Positions 37,202 to 50,000 of a DNA stretch of 64,000 nucleotides are shown here, in pieces. This DNA is from Lingula anatina (taxonomy: Eukaryota > Animalia > Brachiopoda). Position 1 is the stretch's first letter. Each line of letters opens with the position of its first letter. The notes under the pieces are model-generated. The model did not search any database. It saw nothing but the letters and a program-made list of their open reading frames with translations, and was not told the DNA's origin. Both the position numbers and the translations under genes were made by a program. The stretch spans positions 70,472,788 through 70,536,787 of the forward strand of contig CM120640.1 in assembly GCA_051362555.1 (NCBI GenBank), written 5' to 3'.

Positions 37202-40200
37202 AGGCATTTGGGACTGAACAATCTAAATTACTCAAATGTAATTTAAACAAACATAAACTGTGTTTGAACAAGCTTTTAAGGCTTGCTCTATCAACTTACA
37301 TCCAATCCCATCAATCATGTTCTTGGTCAATCAATTTATCAGCCACAGATATAAATCAATCATTCAAATTTATCAATCAGGCAATTTACAGCTACAAATA
37401 GAACTTATTCTGCTAATCTTGTTTTTACTCAACAAGCTGATGAACAGCAATCTATGGTACTGTAATGAGTAACATGGGAAGTAATGGCGTACAGAGGGCC
37501 TCCGTCCTCATTTTGTATCTAATTCAATGTTTTCACTCTGGCAGACGCCTCATGTTAATCTGTCTGTACTAGCAAGTGGACCTAATTAAATTCTCGCCAC
37601 TAACAAGGTAATCCACGGCAACCTGGGGCGGACAAACACATGTCTGGAGTTAACTATCTTGTCCCAACACATCAATGGCTCATCCTCCCTCATCAGAAAT
37701 GCTAAATGTGCACCAGAATAAACACCACTTTGTTACCAGCCAGGGTCGCAGACGGGGCATACAGACCAAGATGGTGACATAACTAACCACAGCATAAAAA
37801 CTGAACAAGCTACCTGCAGCAATTTACACAATGTCATTATACAGGCATGAGACTAGGTTTCAAAAAAACCCTCTAAACATTTATTATGGGACCCAGCATC
37901 TAACCTTGATGAATCTCAGGAACCATCCAAATTGAATTGAAAAACGCGAAATTCCACTTTTCTGCAGAAAAAGCTCATGTCTGATTATACCTTCCCAATT
38001 GCTCTGTGTTAGCAGAAGCTGTCCGTCACAAATGTCACAGATCTTGTGGACGACGGGATTTGACTGCTTCACCTCCTTCTGGGCTGGAGAAATGAGCGGC
38101 ACGTCACCCTGGAAAAAAAAATAAAAAAAATAATAAATAATCATATACATGCAACAGTAAACAGTGTTACTATCTAATGGAAATTTGTACAGCAAGGTTA
38201 GTAAACTCAGTGTTGGGTAATATTAATGAAAAATTTTCATTGTGAGAACATTGATACTAAAATATCCTTAAAATGTTTTTTTATTAACAGGCCATTTTTA
38301 ACTCTAACCATTATCCAACACTGAAACCCTAATTATGCTTAAGACAAACTAATACCTGTGACTCCTGCAATTCAAGCTTATGGATAGGGCAGATTATCTC
38401 AAAATATATTTTTATAATTTAAATATAACATTTACTATCTAACTCCATACTTTCATGATAGTCTCCAGTATATGGCAGGCAGGTTCCAGTACAGCATAGT
38501 CCCACTCTTCTGGCTTAGTGGCATCCACTGTATACACTGCTGGAACATCCTGACCTGGCCCTGAAAACACCAGCTTCACTTAGACAGGCCTTTCAGAATA
38601 AGAAGATCCCAGGACCTTCTGATCCATGGATCAAATATGGCGCTCAATACATGAAAAAAGAGCCGACTAATACGCTGATGATCTCCCTGCCTCCACACAC
38701 GCCGTCCTTGCAGGCATCTAGGAGTTAAACTTTGGAGCCATGATTTAATCCGTTTAATGGTGCCTGTGGAGGCAGAGAGACCATCAGCAGATAAGTCGCT
38801 TTTCTTTCATATAGGGTCTGCCATATTAGATCCTAGGATCTTCTGTTCTGAATTAAATGGGCTCATAGAGACAGTTCACATGGGCATTGACTCCTGTACT
38901 TCAATAACATGTAAATTACTGTAACTGTGGTAAATTGAATGTTAATTTTTATATTACGCCTTCAAAATATCGTGAAATACTCCTAGGAAAAATTACAACC
39001 CAAGTATGATCTACATCAAATTTTCGAAAAATTATATTTTTGTTATTTTTCAAAAACACTATTTAAACACTACTTATCTCTTCAGAATATGGAATTAGGT
39101 GCATTTTTTATGCTCTCTGTATGAATCATTAAACTGCTATTCACAGCTGTTCAAATCTTAAAGTTTTACTTTCAGTGATTCATTTGTTGTCATTTTATGG
39201 ACATGTAAGGAATTTTTAGAATAAAAAATTACATCAAGCTATAACCTAACCTTCTCCTACTAAAAAAGTCTTTTCCTCCATATTTTCCTTTGTATCAAAA
39301 TTTGAAATATAGAAATATAGATCTAATACAACTAGGATCCCTGGAGGAGCAGGATAAAAAAAAGAAACTCTTCTTTTTTTTCTGCTATGATCTGAGTATC
39401 TGGCAGTTCCAGCATATTATCATCTGTACCAACTTCCAGATGGGAATAGAAAGAATCCCCCTTTGTGTCCATACTCTCTGTTTAAACCAACAAATAACTT
39501 AGACCATTTATTTTTCATGTTTGGCTTATCTCTGCACCATTTCAGTTTTGCTGCCAACTTTTCCCTCGATGTCATCTGTTCCGCGGATTAAAGGTGACAA
39601 TACAATAGGATGTGGAGGAATCATGAAAAGCAAAATTCTAAACAAACAACATCTGATGAACAAACAGCATGACTTCATGCCCTCGGAGAAAAAAATAAGA
39701 TGACATTGTTTTCTTGCTTATGCTTGTATTTCTCAGCTATCAGTAAACACAGAAGTGTTACAACACACATAGTTGCAATAAAGAGGGACCCCAATGTCCC
39801 TATAAATAGATAAGCTCTCTTTTTCAGGCCATGAAATTTGAATCTTACGGAGAACAAAGAGCCCAACAAACCAGTTGTTACATTCAGTACTGGTAACCAG
39901 AGCCGTAATAACTGCTCTCAACGCTGGTAAGGGAAATGGGAAGACTTACTTCTTAAAAGCCGGTTTTTGATCCAAGTAATCTGTCTCCTGGCATACCTTC
40001 TTGTCACGAGCTTCAGCGCATCAATACCTGAAATTGTATTAAAATTATCTTCATACACAAATACATGACTTAGATGATTTATTTACCACAATATATGCAC
40101 AGAAAAACTGAATTTATAAGTTTAATGTGACAATAATTCAATCAACAGTCAAGATTTTTTCAAAGAACAGATCCCTTCTCTATAGTTGTTAACATTCATG

Positions 40201-43200
40201 TCCTATTTGGATTATTTTTCCTACAAGTTGTCACATCCCATTCTATTCTCTACAATTTTTCCTACATAGTTCGGTGGGAGTGCATCTTCATTACCCTATA
40301 GTTGTCACTTCCACTGAACTCCTACCCTCTTTCAGACAGTTTTCCTGTTCAAAAAACAGCTAATTTTCCCCAATCCCCCCCCCAATTCCAATGCTGCTTA
40401 TTCTCCATCATTTCTACAGTGTCCATGGATTCCACCTCCCAGAGAGTAGCATTCAAGTCATCAGGTATGTATTCACAGACTTAAAAAGAATGCCTGACAT
40501 TTGTTCTGTTTGTCCTTGCTGTGCTGGTTATGTCAGTAATGTAGTTATGATGATGGTTATAAAGCCAGATCTGCACCCTGTGTTAAACCTGTCATATCAG
40601 GGTGTCAACTGTTCATTATGATCTCCCGGGGAGAAGTAACATGACTATGGTTTTAATACGGTTGCCTTAGTGCATGTGTCCTAACTGAGTACAGGATGAG
40701 ACTACCCTTTAGTGAAAAAATTGGAAAATATGGCATGGGGTCCAGGGGTTCACCTAGGCCATTGGTATTTTTGGCTCCCAAAAGTCGGAAATCCGCCAAT
40801 TATCGAAAAAATCTCATCCCTGTGAATAACATTTAATAAAATTATTATCTTGTTTTGAATATTTGATTTTTTTTCATAGAAGATTTCCATCAGCTGTGCT
40901 ATGATGCAAGAAAAAAAAGCAATAATTTTTCTTCAATCATCAGGTTATATTAATATTAAAAATGTTGTACACACTAAGGAAGATGATGTTGACAGACATC
41001 CAGAATACTGAAGATAATTTTATTTTACTGCAATACATAATATAATTAACATTTAGGAAAAACTAATGGAAAGTGACCTATAATGCCCAATAAAAAAAAA
41101 AAAAGATATCAGCATAACCTTGGAACATGACACTTTTTCATAATAACACAATCGTAACATGCTATATTCAATACCTAAAATTACTAGCAGTGCCCTCAAT
41201 TTCATGCATTCTACAGGCAATATGCTTTTAGGTAAACCTCACATATTTGGACATCTTAGGAGGCATGATGCAATTACTCATATTCCTGATGACAACAAAT
41301 ATGTCTATCTGCCACCCGTTCCCCATACACTATACTTCACCAGATGACTACGTGACCTTATACTTCATGTAGTCGTCTCCTCTACGCTGGAAAACTAATG
41401 CTTAGCTTCTTATTACTCTTACTCCATATCAAGTAACACTGCACAGCCATTTTTTTTTCATTACAAAAGACATAATCCCTAATAAGGACTTGGGGAGCAC
41501 AATTCTGGCTATGGTCTCCAGTGGAAAACAAAGAGAATTTGTTGTAATATGTCTTGTGATGAGGGGACCAGCTGGAGTCCAACCATATGTCACGAGCGAG
41601 CAAGTCGGGGGAGGTTACAAAACACACCGCCATCACAAAACCACACAAAAACATACACACTTCAAACTCAGCACCGCGTCCTACCAATAAATCCAAGATT
41701 AAACACGACAAAGCTTTCTGGGGAGATATCAAATGGTAATGGCTTTTTCAGCTATTCCATAAAAGGTCATACAAAGTCTGTTGTTTCTCGTGATTAAAGT
41801 TCAAGGATCAAATTTATTATTTATTGATAGAACTTTATGTATTCCTAAATATTATATATATATGTACCTCATTCTATCACCAGCTGCTTCATAAGCTACA
41901 GAAGAAAACATCAATATCAGCTAATATACATATAATTTCACAAAATGCTTTGTCTGAGTATGCAGCGAAAATCTGACACTTTTTTTTTACATGGACCCGT
42001 GACCTAAAATATTTAAAGAACTTTGTTCATGTTAATATAAAAACAAACCAGCCACTTCCTGCAAATCTGACATATCTTGACATTGATGATTTCCCCCAAA
42101 AAGTGCTTCCAATTACTAACTTTTATTCAGCAATATTCTTAGAACAGGGGGTGACAATAATCTTGGAGTGAGAAGGGAGGGGGCCGGGGGAGGGGAGGGG
42201 TTATTAATGCCCACTTTTTTAACCCCCAAGACACTGCCATTTCTCAACAACCCCAGTACAGCTCTATGCCCAGCTTTACACTACTCTACAGTCCCAGATG
42301 ATGTCCACCTCAAAGGGTCAAAAGGTCAAAAAAAGTGACCAAGTCATTGACAGTATCAGTACCTCACACTGGATCAACTACTTCAGCTTATCTATTAGAG
42401 CTTTTGAAGGAATTCAATACCTGATACCCAGCCATTTTACTGAAGGATTTACCCTTTTCATTTCCTGTCCAATTTGAAAAGAAGAAACTGTAAAACAGGT
42501 CAAATTACTGCCACTGACCAACATAATGACCACTGGCTGCAGTGAGTAATGACCTTCAAGAATTGAAAGAATTTGGGTTACTTGTGTCATTGCCCCCTAT
42601 GATTGGGCCTCCTTACATGCTAGAGCATGGGCTCTCCAGAACAGAGGTTAAAAATATACTTCCTCAAACGTGCCTCAGCATTTTGTCTTTGAAATTAAAC
42701 TAAGACAATAACCTTTCTAGAGATTTTGTAACACTTTGTAAAATGTAGCAGTGCATTTTCAGCAACAAAGACATGAGCTTGGTGTTTGTAGGTTTTCTTG
42801 GAAAAATGAGGGGTTTGGCTCAGAGAAGAGTTTCATTTTTTCAGTATTTAAGAACAGAAGTCAGAGGCTGGTAGAATTCCTGGCTTGGGTTTAAACTGGC
42901 AGAACTAGAACTGTTGCAGAATATTTATGTTGTAGCAACAGCCGGAACTTAACTCTTGCACCTAGGCTTTTGAGTGTATGGGAGAGATGGATACAATGGC
43001 ACTTCTGTGGTAGTTTCAATCAAGATTTAGTAGTTAAAAGATTACTCTCTTGCCATCCCAGATTACACACGTTATGTGTGTTTAAGTTGAGCTTTTGTTG
43101 ATATTGGTCAAAGTTTACCTGGGTTGCGTCACTGTGTCCACCTCACTCCCAGTCACTGTGAGCCAGTTCCCATGGGACTGTGTTGGTCATTCAAACACTA

Positions 43201-46200
43201 AGTAACAATATAAGTTATTCAACCCACATACTTATCTCCAAGGACAAGAATCTAAAGCTTAGATCACTTCCCAGTGAGGCTGCCAGCCAAGAGGGTCAAC
43301 GACTTTTCAATAGGTGATTATTCAACACAGCAAGCACAGAGAAGGGGGTGCAGCGGTTTAGTGATAGAGGATAATATGTGTGGGTGATTGGGGTGGGATT
43401 AAATAATAATTAAAATAATTAAAATATCAATAAACTTTTAAAGTTTGCTTTGAATCACAGCAATTTAAATATTGCAGCAATAAATAGTTTCATTTTCTTG
43501 ACCCAGGAAGTATACCTTCTTTCAAAAGTGTTTCTCCCATTTGACTTTGTCGTTCTTGTTCAGGCAGGATCAAATAGTTATGAAATTCTTTGAATCCAAT
43601 ACTTTGAAAGATGCCATGTGTGTAGTCTGCTTCCCTGAAAAACAAAAAGTAAACTAGCAAACAAACCACTCTTTTATGTTTATAGTTTATTTTTTCATGG
43701 TTTATTTCTTTCAATAAAAAAGAATTCTTTGCAGTTCTCTAACATAAAAAAATTGCACCCAACCTGGCCTGTGGGTAGGCAAGTTATACAACATGTAATT
43801 AGGAGCTTATAGCAATGGATTACTTGCATAACAACTTTAGATGTTAGAACCTGTGGGCTTAAGGAACTGAACTTGGGAGTGAACAAACTAGGTACACAGA
43901 CTATAGCCACCTTCAAATTGTCTACAAAGAAAACAAGCATGATGCATGCTAAAGCAGACTAATCCCTGCCTGACCCGGGTGATTGATAAAATTCTTATCA
44001 GAGACCCTATACAGTACCCAGAGAGATCAAAAGAGAATACTTCACCCTAACCAAAATAAAGCCCAATATTCTCACTTGTGGCTAATAATAATATTGACTT
44101 ACAATCACAAGGTAATGTAGGGTTGCCACAGGCTCAACAACTCAGTTTGTACAAATATTGGAAAATGAAGTTGCACTTGGTGGAATTTCAGAACATGAGC
44201 AAGGATAGAGAGCCAGACGGACTACGAGATGTTAATCAAAATATCAATGACTGGACATCATATACACTGTATGATGCAAACGCTCAGCAAGGAGGCAGCG
44301 TTGCAACTTGTGCTAACTGTCAAATTACAGCACCTGCTGGGAAGGTTTAAAAAACATATTTGAAATATTTGAAGCATTCAAAACTCCTCAGGGAAAACCT
44401 CCCAATTTAATTTTCACTTTCTTTCCTTTTCCTTTTTTTTTTTAATTTGTGTTTCAACATGATCGCATTTTTACTTTCACTACTTTAACATACACACAAT
44501 ACACCCCCATAATATCACAAAAAAATAATAAAAAATTGCCCCACTTCCTTATTGCAACTTTCAATTTATCCTATAGTATAATCCTTCTTGTTGCTTCCTT
44601 CATATTTACTTCTGTGTCCAAAATCCAGATAAGTTTCCCTTTCACTACCAGAATTGCATAAATATGTTTCTACTTAAAGTTTATTTTCACTCAGTGCTCC
44701 AAATATTCATAACTTTTGAATCAGAAAAATCATATTGTGTTGACTTCTTATAATATGTCTAGAAAATCAATACTGTAACCTAAAGTATTCAAGTTGCAAA
44801 AATTAAGAATTAAGCAGAAAAGACTCAGAATATCAGTCTATGTGTGATCTTACTTGTGTTCCTCCAATCTCTGCTGGTTGTAGCGGCTGTGAAAGTCCAA
44901 CAGTTCCGCCACCAACCCCCTCTCTAACATGGAGTCCACACGCTTGTCAAGACGCTCATCAAGCACTGTAAAGACATAATATTACACTTTATCTAATACT
45001 GCAGAACTCTTACCGAGGAGAACCTTATCATTATTATTATTATTATTATTCTGCCATAGAGTCATATCTGATGTTGTTTTAACCACACAGTAATATGAGA
45101 GCTACATATGGTCCGTCTTCTGACACTGTACCCAGAATATAACCCACCTGTCTGCTGACACTGCACCTAGAATATAACCCACCTGTCTGCTGACACTGCA
45201 CTTAAAATATAACCCACCTGTCTGCTGACACTGCACCTAGAATATAACCCACCTGTCTGCTGACACTGCACCTAGAATATAACCCACCTGTCTGCTGACA
45301 CTGCGCCCAGAATATAACCCACCTGTCTGCTGACACTGTACCCAGAATATAACCCACCTGTCTGCTGACACTGTACCCAGAATATAACCCAAATGTCTGC
45401 TGACACTGTACCCAGAATATAACCCACCTGTCTGCTGACATTGAACCCAGAAGATACAGTTGTGCTGATATCTCAGAGGGCCACTAACATCCTCGTCCTC
45501 TTGATGCTGTTCTGCCAAGATCTCACTCATGGTCACACCATACTGGAAATGCACCTCCAGACCTCTACAGAATAAGGGGGGATATATCTAAACTAAAATG
45601 TGGTGACATTGGGCTTATTTACTTCGATTGTTCTAACTAGTCAACAGTACCCCCTTCCTGAAAATAAATTTAACTTATCTATGCTTTATATCAGAAACTA
45701 CATTCCTGCCATAAATGTTCTCATTCTATTTTTGTTTCATGTTACATTACTTAGTATATTTTCATATCTTAAATAGGACAACCCTTCAGTGGGTAGGAGG
45801 CTATGTATTTCTTGATATTTTGACTTCTTCTTTGCTAAGTGCAGTTACAATTTGCCTCCTAAATCCAGTTTTAGTTATGAGATTATTCAACAGGTGGCAG
45901 CACAAATAGGGCATTCTTATTATAATAACCCTGATTACACTATCATCAACTCAACAGACACCATCCATTAATCATCACTTTAAAACAATTGAAACTGAGC
46001 CTGATTATCAGTTACTGGGCCATCTCCAATAACATCAACAAAACAAAGTTTACAATGTTGATCAACTTGTCCAAAGAGATAATGTTTGGCAACACTAAGT
46101 CTGCTTTCAGGAAGACAAGGATATCTTTTGATAATTTAATGTTGACAAGGTGACTATTTCAATAAAACCCATCAAAGAAAAGTTCAAATTAAATTTCAAC

Positions 46201-47092
46201 GGTATCGTATTTTAATGTCTCACACTTGAACTTTCCCTCTTTATCACTAACTCTGCTGTAACAATTCCATTCATAACCCCACACATCAGTCTGTGTAAGC
46301 TGACATGACCCGTGGCCCATTGATAACTATATGTAAACCCCACATATCACCACTGTGTTAACAACCCAGTATCAAGGTGTCCTAGATCTTCAGCCAAAAT
46401 ATTCATTCTTGGAAGTCAAAGAGTTATCAAGTTCACTGCTCCATTTTTACTATCTTAGATGCCATTCTATTGGACACCATCTGACTATTTGGATAGATCC
46501 ATGTCTGCAGGGACTCTCGCTGAATGCAATCAGAATACAGAAAAGTTGGTGATTATGAGTACGTTGGAAATGAAGTGGTGTGTCATTTGGTTAAGTTGAT
46601 TGCACTCAGCTAGAGTCCTCACAGAGTAGGATCAATCTACAAAGACCCATGGTGTCTATGGGAATTGGACCCAAAAGGTGATCATAAACATCTAACTGCA
46701 AATTTTATGATATTTCCTTTGCAAACAGAGTAGTGTTTCACACAGTGTTTGTGGGCAAGCATTGGCACCTTCCTCTTACCTTATAACTACAGAACATGGG
46801 ATTCTATCTGTGTTCAGGTTAGCAGATTTTCACCTTTAACTTTTCAGACACTTAACACTTTGATTTTGTGTTTCTTTTCAAAATACAAAGTGTCACATAT
46901 AATCACCTACCTTATAATCTTTCTTTTGTTGTTGGGGTGTAAGGTCTTGGCATAGCTGGGATCCACCGACATAAGTTTGGCATATAGCTCTCTACTGTCT
47001 AAATCATCAAAATTCTCTCTTAGTTCCAGCAACTCATCACTTGATGTCACCACTGCAGCTTCTTCCCCTTTTTCATCTGATGATACACATTT
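36734..47092 (-). CDS. TRIT1: tRNA dimethylallyltransferase (isopentenyltransferase), central and C-terminal exons; 5' exons not found in the window
   Basis: Exons 47092-46911 ([19 protein letters not shown]), 45564-45428, 44965-44854 ([17 protein letters not shown]), 43634-43516 ([11 protein letters not shown]), 40027-39950 ([17 protein letters not shown]), 38560-38451, 38108-37991 and 37028-36878 (zinc finger CDICD...[10 protein letters not shown]). All phase-compatible. The terminal exon and stop (36740-36734) are uncertain. Confidence 0.93.
37150..37200. repeat. Poly(A) tract of about 50 nt in a TRIT1 intron
   Basis: Direct reading. Long poly-T runs also occur at ~31478-31507 and ~33702-33732. 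Confidence 0.9.
38587..38862. mobile_element. Palindromic MITE-like element in a TRIT1 intron
   Basis: ttcagaataagaagatccca.ga pairs with tcctaggatcttctgttctgaa, and inner gctgatgatctccctgcctccaca pairs with tgtggaggcagagagaccatcagc. Confidence 0.7.
45115..45454 (-). repeat. 35-bp minisatellite x9 spanning a TRIT1 exon/intron junction
   Basis: Minus-strand unit ttctgggtacagtgtcagcagacag|gtgggttata. Junction copies at 45427, 45392 (GT destroyed), 45357, 45322, 45287, 45252, 45217, 45182 and 45147. Confidence 0.97.
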
Positions 47093-50000
47093 CTGCAACA
47101 TACAAAATGATAGAAGGGTCAAAATAGATCATTTCAGCAAAGAGCAACAGGATAATAAAGTAGATAATTTAATAATAAGTAAACAATTTTATATTAAGTA
47201 AAGGAAAGAAAAGACACCAAATACTACTTAGGAATACTTCATAATCAAAACGACATCTGTTACCATTTCAAAATTAATTATTCTGCATTTATATCAAAAT
47301 CCATGCATTTTACACAGTTACAGAATTCAAGAGGTTGATCAACAGGTTTATTTTAGAACAAGACACTCACAGATATGCATCTTAAATGAGAATAACACAA
47401 GATTCTTCTTCATAACTCAATGCTAGTATAAAGAGCACCATTTAAAAGAATGCCAAAACACTCATAAAGTTAACCAGGCGTCACCTTTCCCACGACAGCA
47501 TATTTATTTATACAACTCTGCAATAATTTTATGAGCCAGTGTACTTGATAAAAATGTGGTCTCTTCCTTGAGGCAGTTTGCCTGTGTTGACACTTGTGCT
47601 TTAATGCACCCTCAGAAAACCATGTTTATTCATCACACAGTGGCCTAACATCCACTCCCTAAGTTATCACATACTCTCTCTGACACTTTAAATGACAGAG
47701 CAAGGACTGAACAATGTCTGGAGTGACAAGGAGACAGAAGGTGTCAGTTCAGAGGTGGTAACCTGTGCTCACAGCCAGACATTTCTTCATGATCACTATC
47801 TCTGTCACAGCTCATAATGGAGGAATTTAATGACTTGCTGATGATTTAATAATTCAAACAAGGTTCCAGTCACTTAATTATGCAGCAACATACATTGCCA
47901 TATGTTGCTGTCTGAAAAAAGTAGATGCAAATGTCTTTTTGCTGGTACTCATGTACCAATGTCAACTCCAACTAATGGGTATTTCCACCTCTGTTATCTT
48001 TGTGCTGGCTTTGGGGGGGGGGGGGGGGGGGCACTGCTTCATTGTAGGCCTATCAATATACCCGATCAGTGATCCCAAAGCGTTACCAAATCAACAGATA
48101 AAACACTTAGTTAAGAAAAGCATTCTATGAACCATTACCCCCTTCACCCCTCATTAAATCTCCACATTATTGAACTGCTAATTGTACTTTGCTATAAGTA
48201 CTCCATTTTCTGTCTTTGCTTGGTGGTCATATTGGACAAAGGCTGATAGGAAAAAAACCCTGCCCAGACCAGAAACCATCTCAAATTGCCTGCTGATGGC
48301 CAGGTGAAAACCAGGTACACAGAGAGACCCGGTCACATCATTGTCCTCCTGACAAGATAATTTAACTGGCCCAGTCACTTAAGTTAAAGATCTCCTATAA
48401 ACTTTAGTGCAATGAAGCCAGGACCCCAGGGAGAGAGACTTCATACTGGAACCCTGCAGGCAATACACGGGCATTTCTCCACTGAATGTCTTCTCAGGAG
48501 ATAAAAGGATCACTCAAGTATTAAAACACCCTTTCATTTTATTTTCTTTCTTGGTGAAAGGAAAGGGCATAAATAATCGTTGCCCTTCAAATTATCTTCC
48601 GACTTCTGGACACATTGGTCTCAATACTGTGTTCTTCAAGGAGACAAAAAGCACCATAAAACTTACAATTTACAAATCATACATAACAAAGGAATATGTT
48701 TTTATTGCTTGCACTTCCTGTACTTAAGGATTTTTTGTGTATCAAAAAAAAAAAAAAAAAAGGCATTCATGATTACATAAGTCCTTTTTGTAGATATTAA
48801 CTTAACTTTAGTGTTTCTCAATGAAAACAGTAACATTTAAAACATTAATTTAAAATAAATAATCATGTTCTACCTTCACTCTTAAATCAACAATCACTTG
48901 CCTGACATAGTACCCCAATCTATAAAAGCAAACAAGTTTTAAACTAACATCATCCCTCTCTCCTGCAGACCTCATCCAGGTAGGTTTATCCTCCGTACCT
49001 AGTGCCCTCCGTAACTCTAAATAATCTCAGGTAACATAAGGACAACAACCCCACCTCCTCAGGTCATATTTCCACAGTACCGCCGTGCCTGATACACAGA
49101 TCTTAATCAATACTTCAATTGATCACACCCCAAAAAATCCAAATAAACCCCGATTGCTTTCTCCCAATTGCACATGAACATGACAGCAACTCGTTACCAG
49201 ACGCTTGCAACTATTAAAATTATCTAATCATGAAACCAATCAACATTCTGTGTACTAAAACTACCTTAGTGTGAGCAGACAAAGATCTTTTAAACCAGGT
49301 GCACTGTGATAATAAATAACTGCAGAGTCATCAAACTCTCCATCCAAAAAGTACTTGGCGTGTTGTCAAAAGTTAAAGCTGGTACTTTGACATGCTCTTT
49401 GATATTAACCAATTTGTGTCATCTACCAGTGACCATGCATGTACACATTTTTTTCAAAAAAAAAAAAAAAAAAAAAAAAGAGAGCAGGATTATTAAACTT
49501 ATACAAGCCTCATGTTATACTTTCACAACATGCAATCTTCACATTTTAACAACTCATAAATTTGTCATACAAGCTTCACACACTGGCAGGATGGCTGTAA
49601 ATTTTTTTGTGTCAACCCACAATATGTTTTATCTTTAAACTTAAACTGAAAACTGCTGATTATAAACATGTTGCTTCCAGGCAATGTACATGAAGGCTCT
49701 CCCTTTCACCTGAGCCTAATGTGTCTTTAGAACCATAATTTTGATATAAAAGCAATAATAAGAATCTTCAAGTTCTGACCACCCATGTCTGATATCACAG
49801 ATAGATACAAGTCCAAAATGAAGATGCTGAGAAGTAAGGTGAAACACAGGGTCACAAGCAAAGTTTGAACAGGCATGCAAACACAAACTATAAAAAACAG
49901 GTTACAATAATTTATAAAAAAAGGGGGTTGCAAGATTATACATAAGCTTCATGCCTTCTTTTTCTCTCTTTTTCTTTTAAATACTAGAAAAGCAGTCAAG

